From the NCBI RefSeq assembly GCF_000023965.1, contig NC_013202.1, forward strand, positions 1,590,001 through 1,622,000: DNA of 32,000 nucleotides, given 5' to 3'. Under the pieces are notes generated by a model. It did no database searches. It saw only the letters and a program-made list of their open reading frames with translations, and was not told the DNA's origin. The first letter of the stretch is position 1. Each line of letters opens with the position of its first letter. This document shows, piece after piece, positions 9,435-17,166 of this stretch. Position numbers and translations under genes: made by a program. The stretch is from Halomicrobium mukohataei DSM 12286. GTDB taxonomy: Archaea; Halobacteriota; Halobacteria; Halobacteriales; Haloarculaceae.

Positions 9435-9647
9435 ACACGGGATTGACGAGCCAGCGACATAGGTGTGGTGTCCGCGAGTAGCTGCTCCGTTTCGGCTGCG
9501 TTACCGACACGTACGGTGTTGCTATCGGGAACTGGGTTGGTAACAACCGTCTTGACTAGTGTTGCCGTACCACGGAGTATGTACGAGACGATTCTCGTTC
9601 CGACCGACGGGAGCGACCACGCCAACCGGGCGTTCGACAGTGCGATC

Positions 9648-9850
9648 ACCTACCTCGCCGTGAACGGCGAGGTTTGTCGGTGGACTCCCGGTCTGTCCAC
9701 TATACTGTGGAAGGCGAGTAGTCGCCGTTCCCGTTCACTGTTCCCGACTTCAGGGCGAGGTGATGGGTCGCCCCTCCAGAACCAGACTTGAGCCGGTTCT
9801 GGATGAATCTGTGTGCGATGTTGCGCGCCGCGTTGTAGTCGCTATGAAGT
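9648..9850 (-). ncRNA. Predicted omega (right-end) RNA scaffold of the TnpB element
   Basis: Positional inference only. In characterised TnpB systems the guide RNA overlaps the 3' end of tnpB and the right end. Here the tnpB stop (9700) lies 26 nt from the right-end hairpin (9652-9673). Exact 5' and 3' ends are unknown. Confidence 0.3.
9652..9673 (-). repeat. Right-end subterminal hairpin of the IS element
   Basis: ACCTCGCCG-TGAA-CGGCGAGGT: perfect 9-bp stem with a 4-nt loop. Confidence 0.6.
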
Positions 9851-10917
9851 TCTTTCCCGCATTTCTGGCAGGTGAACTGGTCGCCGTCGCGGTTGTCCTC
9901 GTGGGTGAAGCCACAGTCGGCGTGACTACACCGCTGGCTGGTGTAGGCCGGATGGACTGATTCGACAGCGATTCCTTCGGCACGGGCTTTGTATGTCGTC
10001 TGGCGCTTCAACTCGCGGAACGCCCACTGCTGGAATTTCGAGGCGTTCGAGATACGTTCTCGTATCTGTTCCAAGTCCTCGAACACGATTGCCGAACAGC
10101 CCCGTGACATGGCTTCTTTCACCAGTCGTTTCGACGTTTGGTGTAGAACGTCCTCGGACCAGTTAGCGAAGGTGTCACCGATTGACTGAATCGTGAGGTG
10201 TGCGCTTCGCGTCCCCTGTTGTTGTAGTCGGGCGCGACGACGTTCATACTCGCGGCGCTTGTGGTTCAGTAGGTCAGCGTTGCCGATGAACGCTCCTGTA
10301 CTGGTGACAGCAAGATACCCGTCGACGTTCCGGTCTACGCCGAGAACTGTTCGGCTCTCGGCCTCTTCCAACGAATCTTCGCGTTCCTGTTTGACGGAAA
10401 CGTGCAAGTAGTAGGTATCGGTCTGATGGTCGTATCGGAGTTTCGCGCCTTGTTTGGTCCACTCGCTACTCTCCATGTATTCGGCCTGGAGCGAGTCGTC
10501 TGGGTAGACGTATTCAGCATGAACACGCCCACTTCCGTAAGCGGCCAGCGAACAGTATCCGTCGAAGTAACTGATTGCACTGGTGTTGTAGACGGTCGTG
10601 TTCGACGTGAACACAGGTTTTGAGGGGCGTTCGCCAGCTTTCATTTTGTCTACACAGCCGGTAAGCGCGTCGGCGGCATGGTTGACGGCGGCCACGGTCA
10701 AGTCTGAGTGAAGGCCGGTGTCGTCCCGTATGTCGTCGTAGACGAGCGGTTGTAGTCGAGAGCGCGACGTTATCACGTACCCATTGTCATCTCTTTCCCA
10801 TCCCCGGTTGGCAAACCGCTGTGCAGCGTCCCGAAACGTGTTCATCGTTCGTTTCAGGTCGTCGCGCCGCTGGTCGGGGACGGAAAGTTTGACGACAGCA
10901 GTACGCTGAATCTCCAT
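9700..10917 (-). CDS. tnpB: TnpB (IS605 OrfB-type) RuvC-like RNA-guided endonuclease
   Basis: 405 aa. RuvC motifs VLGVDRNVDG (D), SAIVFEDL (E) and HSDYNAARNIAHRF (D). Zinc finger CSHADCGFTHEDNRDGDQFTCQKCG between them. The ORF appears intact. Confidence 0.9.
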   Translation of the reverse strand: MEIQRTAVVKLSVPDQRRDDLKRTMNTFRDAAQRFANRGWERDDNGYVITSRSRLQPLVYDDIRDDTGLHSDLTVAAVNHAADALTGCVDKMKAGERPSKPVFTSNTTVYNTSAISYFDGYCSLAAYGSGRVHAEYVYPDDSLQAEYMESSEWTKQGAKLRYDHQTDTYYLHVSVKQEREDSLEEAESRTVLGVDRNVDGYLAVTSTGAFIGNADLLNHKRREYERRRARLQQQGTRSAHLTIQSIGDTFANWSEDVLHQTSKRLVKEAMSRGCSAIVFEDLEQIRERISNASKFQQWAFRELKRQTTYKARAEGIAVESVHPAYTSQRCSHADCGFTHEDNRDGDQFTCQKCGKELHSDYNAARNIAHRFIQNRLKSGSGGATHHLALKSGTVNGNGDYSPSTV

Positions 10918-10941
10918 CTACACATCACAAGTGGGACTAAC

Positions 10942-10956
10942 TATATATAAATAATT
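10942..10956 (-). promoter_or_regulatory. AT-rich TATA-like box upstream of tnpB
   Basis: TATATATAAATAATT lies about 25-40 nt upstream of the tnpB ATG (10917) inside the element's left end. Confidence 0.4.
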
Positions 10957-11011
10957 GGGAGTAGGCCGGGAATTGAACGGTGGATAGTCACTAGAGCTTA
11001 CGCGATTCCCG

Positions 11012-11029
11012 CCCGCCGTGAACGGCGGG
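11012..11029 (-). repeat. Left-end subterminal hairpin of the IS element
   Basis: CCCGCCG-TGAA-CGGCGGG: perfect 7-bp stem with the same TGAA loop and CGCCGTGAACGGCG core as the hairpin at 9652-9673. Confidence 0.6.
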
Positions 11030-11310
11030 ACTCCCTCGCTGAATAAGGTGGCGCTGGCCGACCGAGCGGACAGCTCGCTCGCCCTGTTGCACGTCGTCGA
11101 CACCGGGACGATCGGCGAACCCGCGCTGTCGGCGACCGAACTCGTCGTCGGCCAGCGCGAGGACGACGGCACCGCGCTGTTGAAGCGCCTGGCCCAGCGC
11201 GCTCGCGACCGCGGCATCAGTACCCAGCTGCACAACTGTCACGGCGAGCCGAGCCGGGAGATACGGAGCTACGCCGACGAGATCGAGGCCGACCTCGTCG
11301 TCATGGGCTA

Positions 11311-11390
11311 TAGTAACAATTGAAACGATTTACACACCGATCGCACTGCCATCGTGCGATCGGGTGTGCATTGATTTTCAATGGCTACTA
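11311..11390. mobile_element. 80-bp palindromic MITE-like insertion flanked by a TA direct repeat
   Basis: TA|TAGTAACAATTGAAACGATTTACACACCGATCGCACTGCCATCGTGCGATCGGGTGTGCATTGATTTTCAATGGCTACTA|TA. Termini TAGTAACAATTGAAA versus the reverse complement TAGTAGCCATTGAAA match at 13 of 15. Inner arms CACACCGATCGCAC / GTGCGATCGGGTGTG. Deleting the insert plus one TA restores ATG GGC TAC CAG GGC (MGYQG) in frame. Confidence 0.65.
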
Positions 11391-11482
11391 TACCAGGGCC
11401 GGGACCACGACCGCACGCTCGGCACCGTGACGGCACAGGTCGTCAAGGCGTGTGAGCGGCCCGTGATGCTGGTGTAGCGCGG

Positions 11483-12184
11483 TCAGGGACGCCGCGCTTC
11501 GAGCACCGGCATCTCCTCGATGCGGTCCTCGTCGAGGGCCGCCCAGTCGATGCCGTCCGGGCGGTCGTACGGCGTCGCCGTCTCGACGGTCCGTTCGGGC
11601 GTCACCACCAGGTCCATCGGTACGTCGTGTTCGTCGACGAGTTCGTGGTCTCGAAGCTGGCGCTCGTGGACCGTCGTCACCACTGGCGTCTCGTCGTCGA
11701 CCAGATCGAGTTCGCGGAGCAGCGCGTATTCGAGGTCGCTGTACCCCTCGCCCTTGCCGATCCGCGCACCGCGTTCGCTGACGGCGACGCTCCCCGAGAC
11801 GATCAGGTCGATCGCGGGCATCTCGTCGGGGCCGACCTGCACGCCCGCCTCGCTGGAGCCGCTGACGGTCGTGGCGTCGTCGATGTCGTCGACCGCCGCC
11901 GGGTCGAGTTCGATGAAACACCGCTCGTCGCGCAACCGCGGGACGGCCATGTAGACGGTCTTGCCGGCCCGCATCGCCGCCCGCCGGACCGGGAGCTGCG
12001 GGGCGTCGGGGTTGGCCTTTAGGGCGTCGGCGTCCGCCCAGATCGCCGTCTCGGCCAGCCGGTCGGCCGCGGCGTCCGCGTCGGCGAAGTTCGGGATGCG
12101 ACCGTGGGGCGGGAACGGAAACCGGGCGTCGCCGCTCTCTTCGAGGTCGTCCCACACGCGCTGGCGCAGCGTCTGCTTGTCCAT
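11483..12184 (-). CDS. 5-formyltetrahydrofolate cyclo-ligase family protein
   Basis: The C-terminal 233 aa of ORF 11483..13996(-), starting at MDKQTLRQRVWDDLEE (ATG 12184). Family-like motif IDLIVSGSVAVSERGARIGKGEGYSDLEYALL (G-x-R-I/L-G-x-G-x-G-Y-x-D). The longer N-terminal extension is antisense to the FNT gene. Confidence 0.8.
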   Translation of the reverse strand: MDKQTLRQRVWDDLEESGDARFPFPPHGRIPNFADADAAADRLAETAIWADADALKANPDAPQLPVRRAAMRAGKTVYMAVPRLRDERCFIELDPAAVDDIDDATTVSGSSEAGVQVGPDEMPAIDLIVSGSVAVSERGARIGKGEGYSDLEYALLRELDLVDDETPVVTTVHERQLRDHELVDEHDVPMDLVVTPERTVETATPYDRPDGIDWAALDEDRIEEMPVLEARRP

Positions 12185-12271
12185 GTGGACGGCGACGGAC
12201 GCTCGCACAAAAGCGCTGGCGTCACGCCGGAAACCAAACGCTTTCCTCGGGGCCGACGGAGAATCACGACG

Positions 12272-14086
12272 ATGGACGAACAGGATCCACCAGATCCCGA
12301 GGAGAGCGTGAGAGAGGCCGTCGAGCGGTCTCGCAGTGGGGCTCCGGCAGTGGGACGGGTCGTTCGCGACCGGTTCTCGACCGACGAGGTGTTCCAGCGC
12401 ATCGTCGCCGCGGCCGACGAGGAGATCACGTCGGGCAGTCGCGAGCTGTACTTCAGCGGTCTGGCGGCCGGGTTCGCGATCACGATCACGTTCCTGATGC
12501 TGGTGTCGCTGACGGCCTCGACCGGCGGCGACCCGATTCTGAGCACGCTCCTGTACCCGCTGGGGTTCATCTACATCATCATCGGCGGCTACCAGCTGTA
12601 CACGGAGAACACGCTGCCGCCCGTCGCGCTGACGCTGGAGCGCATCGCCAGCGTGCCCGCGCTCTTGCGCAACTGGATCGTCGTGCTCGCCGGGAACTTC
12701 ACCGGCGGCGCGATCGGCGCGATGGCGCTGGCCTGGGGCGGGGTGCTGTCGGCCGACGGGACGGCCGCGGCGTTCTCGATCGCACAGAAGGGCATCAAGG
12801 CGAGCCAGGGCGAACTGTTCGTGAAGGCCGCGTTCGCCGGGCTGATCGTCGCTGGCGTCGTCTGGGTCGAGTACGCCTCTCGGGACACGATCTCGCGGAT
12901 CGCCGTCGTCTACCTCGCCTTCCTCGCGATCCCGCTTGGCGGGCTCTACCACGTCGTGGTCTCCTTTACCGAGATGGTGTATCTGGTGCTGGTCGGCGAT
13001 CTCGGGGTCGTCGTCGGGATGGTCGAGTTCGTGCTCCCCGTGTTGCTCGGTAACACCGTCGGCGGCATCCTGCTGGTCACCGTCGTCAACTACTTCCAGA
13101 CGACCGAGGAGCGCCTGGAGTCGGCCCGTTTCGACGGTGCCAACCGACAGCTCTCCTGGCGAGAGTGGATCCTGGGCGGTCTCGCGGGGCGGTCGTACGT
13201 GCCCCTGATCGACACGAGCGAGCGAGCGGCCGGACACGGCGCTGGCTCCGAGCGGATCCTTGTTCCGATCTCCAACCCGCGGACCGAGGGGACCCTCGCC
13301 GAGCTCGCGTGTGCGTACGCTGCCGGCAAGGAGGCGGCCTACGTGGAGTTCGTCCACATCGTCCGCCTGCCCGACCGGCTGGCGGGCGGGTACGGCGGCG
13401 ACCAGACCGACCAGATCGTCGCCGAATCCGACGCACAGATGGAGCGGGTCCGCGAGATCGCGTCCAGCTACGAGGTCGACTCCGAGACCTCGACGATCGT
13501 CTCGCATCGCTCCATCGAGGAGGTGTTCCAGCTCGCAGACCGGAAGGGCGCGGACACGGTCGTGATGGGCTGGGACGAGGACGCGCTCTGGAAGGCCGGC
13601 CGGGCCGAACGCCCGCTCGACGAGCTGACGAGTTCGCTCCCGGCGGACTTCCTGGTGCTTGCCGATCGCGGGTTCGATCCCGAGGAGATCCTGATTCCGG
13701 TCGCGGGCAACGAACACTCCGTGCTGAGCGGCGAAGTCGCCAGTGCGCTCGGCCAGACCGTCGGTTCGGCGATCTCGCTGCTCCGGGTCGCCGACGGGCC
13801 GGGCCGGCGGACGGAAAACGAGGACTTTCTCGCCCGGTGGGCGAAGAACAACGACCTCGAATCGGCAGACCGCATCGTCGACGACAGCGGCGACGTCGAG
13901 GGGGCCATCGTGCGGGCCGCACCGGAACACGGCCTCATCATCATCGGGGCGACCAGAGACGGGCTCCTCTCGCGGATCGGGAGCGACTCGCTGCACCTCG
14001 ACGTGCTGTCGGACGTGGACTGCTCGGTGTTGCTCGCCGAGCGAGCGACCGAGCGCGGGCTGCTCCAGCGGCTGTTCGGGAACTGA
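12272..14086 (+). CDS. Formate/nitrite transporter (FNT) family channel fused to two C-terminal universal-stress-protein domains
   Basis: ATG at 12272 (MDEQDPPDPEES). FNT features: six TM helices, LAGNFTGGAIGA, GGLYHVVVSFTEM, LLGNTVGGILLV. USP-like domain 1: ILVPISNPRTEGTLAELA...ADTVVMGW. USP-like domain 2: ILIPVAGNEHSVLSGEVA...HGLIIIGATRDG...CSVLLAE. Confidence 0.85.
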   Translation: MDEQDPPDPEESVREAVERSRSGAPAVGRVVRDRFSTDEVFQRIVAAADEEITSGSRELYFSGLAAGFAITITFLMLVSLTASTGGDPILSTLLYPLGFIYIIIGGYQLYTENTLPPVALTLERIASVPALLRNWIVVLAGNFTGGAIGAMALAWGGVLSADGTAAAFSIAQKGIKASQGELFVKAAFAGLIVAGVVWVEYASRDTISRIAVVYLAFLAIPLGGLYHVVVSFTEMVYLVLVGDLGVVVGMVEFVLPVLLGNTVGGILLVTVVNYFQTTEERLESARFDGANRQLSWREWILGGLAGRSYVPLIDTSERAAGHGAGSERILVPISNPRTEGTLAELACAYAAGKEAAYVEFVHIVRLPDRLAGGYGGDQTDQIVAESDAQMERVREIASSYEVDSETSTIVSHRSIEEVFQLADRKGADTVVMGWDEDALWKAGRAERPLDELTSSLPADFLVLADRGFDPEEILIPVAGNEHSVLSGEVASALGQTVGSAISLLRVADGPGRRTENEDFLARWAKNNDLESADRIVDDSGDVEGAIVRAAPEHGLIIIGATRDGLLSRIGSDSLHLDVLSDVDCSVLLAERATERGLLQRLFGN

Positions 14087-14136
14087 TCGGCGCGGGAAAC
14101 GACAGCCCGAAGACGACGGCGGCCCACTGAGCCGTC

Positions 14137-16509
14137 GTGGACGAGACTATCGCGTGGCTCCGGGAACGACCCTTCTACGAGGGGCAGATCGTCGACCAGC
14201 GGACGGTACCGGGACGGGACGCGACCGTCGCCGACCTCGACGTACGCGACCGACTGGCCGACGCGCTGGCCGAGGACGGCATCGAACAGCTCTACGCCCA
14301 CCAGGCCGACGCCGTCGGAGCCGTCCGTGACGGCGACAACGTGGTGCTTTCGACCGCGACGGCGAGCGGAAAGAGTCTCGCCTACACGGTGCCGGCCTTC
14401 GAGCGCGCCCTCGAAGATCGCCGGACCACACTCTACGTCGCCCCCCAGGTCGCGCTGATCAACGACCAGACGGAGACGCTCTCGACGCTGGCGGATCGGC
14501 TCGGCTTCGCGTCGGGCGTGTCGGTCGCCCAGTACACCGGCCGCCAGTCCCAGACCGAGAAAGAGCAGATCCGCGAGCGCCAGCCCACCGTCCTCCTGAC
14601 GACGCCGGACATGCTCCACTACGGCATCTTGCCCCACGCACACCGCCTCTGGAAGTGGTTCTTCCAGCGACTCGACACCGTCGTGGTCGACGAGGTCCAC
14701 AGCTACCGGGGGGTGTTCGGCAGTCACGTCGCACTCGTGTTTCGACGCCTCCAGCGCATCGCAGAGCGGTTCGACGCCGAGCCGGAGTGGCTCTGTTGCT
14801 CGGCGACGATCGGCAACCCCGTCGAGCACGCGGCGACGGTGACCGGCACTGCCCCGTCCTCGTACCGACTCGTCGACGACGACGCCAGCGCCAGCGGCCC
14901 CCGCCACTGGCTGGTGTGGAACCCGCCCGAGTACAGCGGGGACGGCTGGGGGAGCGGCCGCCGGAAGTCCAGTCACGTCGAGACCAGACGGCTGTTCGTC
15001 GAGCTGGTCCAGCGGGGCCTCCAGACGGTGGTGTTCACCGGCTCGCGCCAGACTGCAGAGCGCTACGCGGCGGACAGCGCCGAGGCACTGCGCGACCGGG
15101 GAGCCCACGACCTCGCGGACGCCGTCGGTGCGTACCAGGCCGCACTGACCGACGACCGTCGCCGTCGGCTGGAGCGAGAACTCAAGTCCGGCGCGCTGCG
15201 TGGCGTCTGGAGCACGAACGCGCTGGAACTCGGCGTCGACGTGGGCGGTCTCGACGCCGTCGTGCTCGATGGCTACCCCGGCACCCGGATGCAGACCTTC
15301 CAGCAGGCGGGCCGGGCCGGACGCGGGCGCGACCCCGCCCTCGTCGTGCTGGTCGGCGGCGAGGACCAGCTCGACCAGTACGTCGTCGACAACCCGGACA
15401 CGCTGTTCGAGCACCCGCCCGAGCAGGCGGTGACGAACCCGGAGAACGAACAGCTCATGCCCGCACACGCCTGCTCGGCCGCCCGCGAGACGTGGCTGAA
15501 ACCCGACGACGACCGGTACTTCGGCGAGACGTTCCCCGCGCTGGTGGCCGACCTGGAGCGGGACGGCCGCCTCGCGCGCCGGACGACTGCGGAGGGGACC
15601 CGCTGGGTGTACGGCGGCGAGGGCAGTCCACAGCACGAGACGAGTCTCCGGACCGTCGACGACCAGTCGATCCAGCTGCGCCACGGCGAGGACACGATCG
15701 CGACGCTACCCCTCGGCGACGCGCTGCGAGACGCACACCCCGGCGCGATCTACCACCACCAGGGGACGACCTACGAGGTGACCGACCTCGACCTCGATCA
15801 CGGCATCGCCGAACTCGACCGGACGTGGGCCGACTACTTCACCCGCGTGCGCCACGAGAAGGAGATCACCGTCGAGGCCGACCTGCGAGCGGACACGCTC
15901 GACGCCCGGCCCGACGTGCCCGTGCGCTTTGCGGACGTGACCATGCGCAAGCAGATCACCGGCTACGAGCGCCGCGACGGGCAGAACGGCGAGGTGATCG
16001 GGCGGCGTAGCCTCGATCTCCCCGAGACAACCCTCAGGACCAAAGCGCTGTATTTCACCGTCCCCGCGGATCTAGAGCGAGCGATGCTTGGCGAGGCGGT
16101 CCCGGCGACCGACGACGGGACGGCGGACGGCCGCGACCGTCCGCCCGCCCCCGACGATCCCGGCGACTTCCCCGGCGGCATCCACGCCGCCGAACACGCC
16201 GCGATCTCGATGCTCCCCTTCGAGTATCTCTGTGACCGCCGCGACGTTGGCGGGCTCTCGACGCCGCTGCACCCCCACACCGACGAGCCCACGATCTTCG
16301 TGTACGACGGCCATCCCGGCGGCGTCGGCATCGTCCGGAGCGCCTACGACGACGTCGAGGGGCTGCTGGCGACGACGCTCTCGATGCTGCGGTCCTGTGA
16401 CTGTGCCGACGGCTGCCCGGCCTGCGTGCAGTCGCCCCACTGTGGCAACGCCAACGACCCGCTGGACAAGGGGCTGGCGACGTACCTGCTGGACGGGCTG
16501 ACGGAGTGA
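14137..16509 (+). CDS. DEAD/DEAH-box (DEVH) superfamily-2 helicase with C-terminal DUF1998 / MrfA-type zinc-binding domain
   Basis: GTG start. Walker A TATASGKS, DEVH box, SAT motif, motif VI QQAGRAGRG. C-terminal Cys cluster CDCADGCPACVQSPHCGNANDPLDK. Confidence 0.9.
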   Translation: MDETIAWLRERPFYEGQIVDQRTVPGRDATVADLDVRDRLADALAEDGIEQLYAHQADAVGAVRDGDNVVLSTATASGKSLAYTVPAFERALEDRRTTLYVAPQVALINDQTETLSTLADRLGFASGVSVAQYTGRQSQTEKEQIRERQPTVLLTTPDMLHYGILPHAHRLWKWFFQRLDTVVVDEVHSYRGVFGSHVALVFRRLQRIAERFDAEPEWLCCSATIGNPVEHAATVTGTAPSSYRLVDDDASASGPRHWLVWNPPEYSGDGWGSGRRKSSHVETRRLFVELVQRGLQTVVFTGSRQTAERYAADSAEALRDRGAHDLADAVGAYQAALTDDRRRRLERELKSGALRGVWSTNALELGVDVGGLDAVVLDGYPGTRMQTFQQAGRAGRGRDPALVVLVGGEDQLDQYVVDNPDTLFEHPPEQAVTNPENEQLMPAHACSAARETWLKPDDDRYFGETFPALVADLERDGRLARRTTAEGTRWVYGGEGSPQHETSLRTVDDQSIQLRHGEDTIATLPLGDALRDAHPGAIYHHQGTTYEVTDLDLDHGIAELDRTWADYFTRVRHEKEITVEADLRADTLDARPDVPVRFADVTMRKQITGYERRDGQNGEVIGRRSLDLPETTLRTKALYFTVPADLERAMLGEAVPATDDGTADGRDRPPAPDDPGDFPGGIHAAEHAAISMLPFEYLCDRRDVGGLSTPLHPHTDEPTIFVYDGHPGGVGIVRSAYDDVEGLLATTLSMLRSCDCADGCPACVQSPHCGNANDPLDKGLATYLLDGLTE

Positions 16510-16531
16510 TCGCGTTCGGGCCAGAGAGGCG

Positions 16532-17161
16532 TCAGCCCAGTTCCTCGACGAACTCCTTGACGATCTTCTCCTCGGCCCGGTGGAGCGTCTCGCTGCAGGT
16601 CGACTTGGCGATGCCGACCTCCGAGGCGAGTTCGGTCAGCGAACAGTCCCGCGGCGTGTCGTAGTAGCCGTTCTCGACGGCGGCCTGGATCAACTCCAGT
16701 TGGCTCCCCGTGAGCAGCTGCTCGGTCTCGACGTGCTGGCTGACCCGCTCGACGTGGAACGGAATGCCGAACTCTTCGAGTTGCTGGCCCAGCGCGGACA
16801 GTCGCTCCTGTGGCGCGGTGATCTCCCAGCGGGCCTCGCCGTCGCTGAGTCTGAACGGCATCTCCAGTGGGATACCGGAGCCCTGCACCGGGAACAACAG
16901 GAGCGGATCGCTGGTCTCGAACTGGACCAGCGCCGTGTCCTCCCAGCGCTGGAGAATCTCTAAACTGGTGACGGCCTCACTCTCGTCCATCTGGCCGAGG
17001 ATGGCGACCAGTTCGTCGGCGGTGATCTCCGTGAGCCCGACGCCCGACTCCTCGCCGGGGACCGCCGCCAGGATGCGAAACTCCGCGTCCGGAAACGACC
17101 GCGAGAGCGAACCGATCCACACCTCCTCTGGAATCGTCAGCGTCAGTTCGGCTCGTGGCAT
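16532..17161 (-). CDS. Bat-type HTH_10 DNA-binding regulator
   Basis: ORF 16532..17503(-) trimmed to MPRAELTLTIPEEVWIGSLSRSFPDAEFRILAAVPGEE (ATG 17161). C-terminal HTH: LTGSQLELIQAAVENGYYDTPRDCSLTELASEVGIAKSTCSETLHRAEEKIV. Confidence 0.85.
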   Translation of the reverse strand: MPRAELTLTIPEEVWIGSLSRSFPDAEFRILAAVPGEESGVGLTEITADELVAILGQMDESEAVTSLEILQRWEDTALVQFETSDPLLLFPVQGSGIPLEMPFRLSDGEARWEITAPQERLSALGQQLEEFGIPFHVERVSQHVETEQLLTGSQLELIQAAVENGYYDTPRDCSLTELASEVGIAKSTCSETLHRAEEKIVKEFVEELG

Positions 17162-17166
17162 GTGTG

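Larger units (their letters stand above)
9648..11047 (-). mobile_element. IS200/IS605-family element, IS1341-type (tnpB only, no tnpA); ends approximate to about 10 nt
   Basis: About 1.4 kb of visibly lower G+C interrupts the USP ORF and carries one tnpB gene. Both ends have subterminal hairpins sharing the 14-nt core CGCCGTGAACGGCG in the same orientation. No terminal inverted repeats and no obvious target duplication, as expected for this family. Confidence 0.8.
9579..11477 (+). pseudogene. Universal stress protein (UspA-family) gene split into three pieces by two mobile-element insertions
   Basis: Piece A, from 9579 to about 9647: MYETILVPTDGSDHANRAFDSAI. Piece B, from about 11048 to 11310: (V)ALADRADSSLALLHVVDTG...EIRSYADEIEADLVVMGY. 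Piece C, 11391-11477: YQGRDHDRTLGTVTAQVVKACERPVMLV*. Removing the insertions restores one continuous USP-length ORF with the usual motifs. Confidence 0.75.

Noticed and set aside
7611-9446. 611-aa forward ORF opposite the histidine kinase, plus the 400-aa Arg-rich ORF 7552..8754
   Set aside because: They are antisense or alternative frames of a gene with complete REC, PAS, GAF, HisKA and HATPase motifs. Their own sequences are compositionally biased and motif-free.
9465-9791. 108-aa forward ORF spanning the promoter, the USP start and the IS right end
   Set aside because: It is a chimera. Only residues MYETILVPTDGSDHANRAFDSAI are USP-like, and the rest is read-through into the IS end. It is treated as fragment A of the pseudogene.
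11311-11390. The 80-bp palindrome as a rho-independent-type terminator, or as a structured ncRNA gene native to the locus
   Set aside because: It sits inside an otherwise continuous USP reading frame, is flanked by a TA duplication, and its precise removal restores the frame. An insertion explains it better.
12185-13996. N-terminal 600 aa of the 837-aa ORF 11483..13996(-)
   Set aside because: Only the last 233 aa (from MDKQTL) resemble a real protein. The remainder is antisense to the well-supported FNT-USP gene.
13468-15684. 738-aa reverse ORF across the FNT 3' end and the helicase
   Set aside because: It is antisense to two genes with clear motifs, and it has no domain signatures of its own.
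14137-16509. The DUF1998 helicase as the core of a Druantia-like or other phage-defence system
   Set aside because: At 790 aa it matches the housekeeping MrfA/YprA size class rather than the much larger defence helicases. No accessory defence genes flank it.
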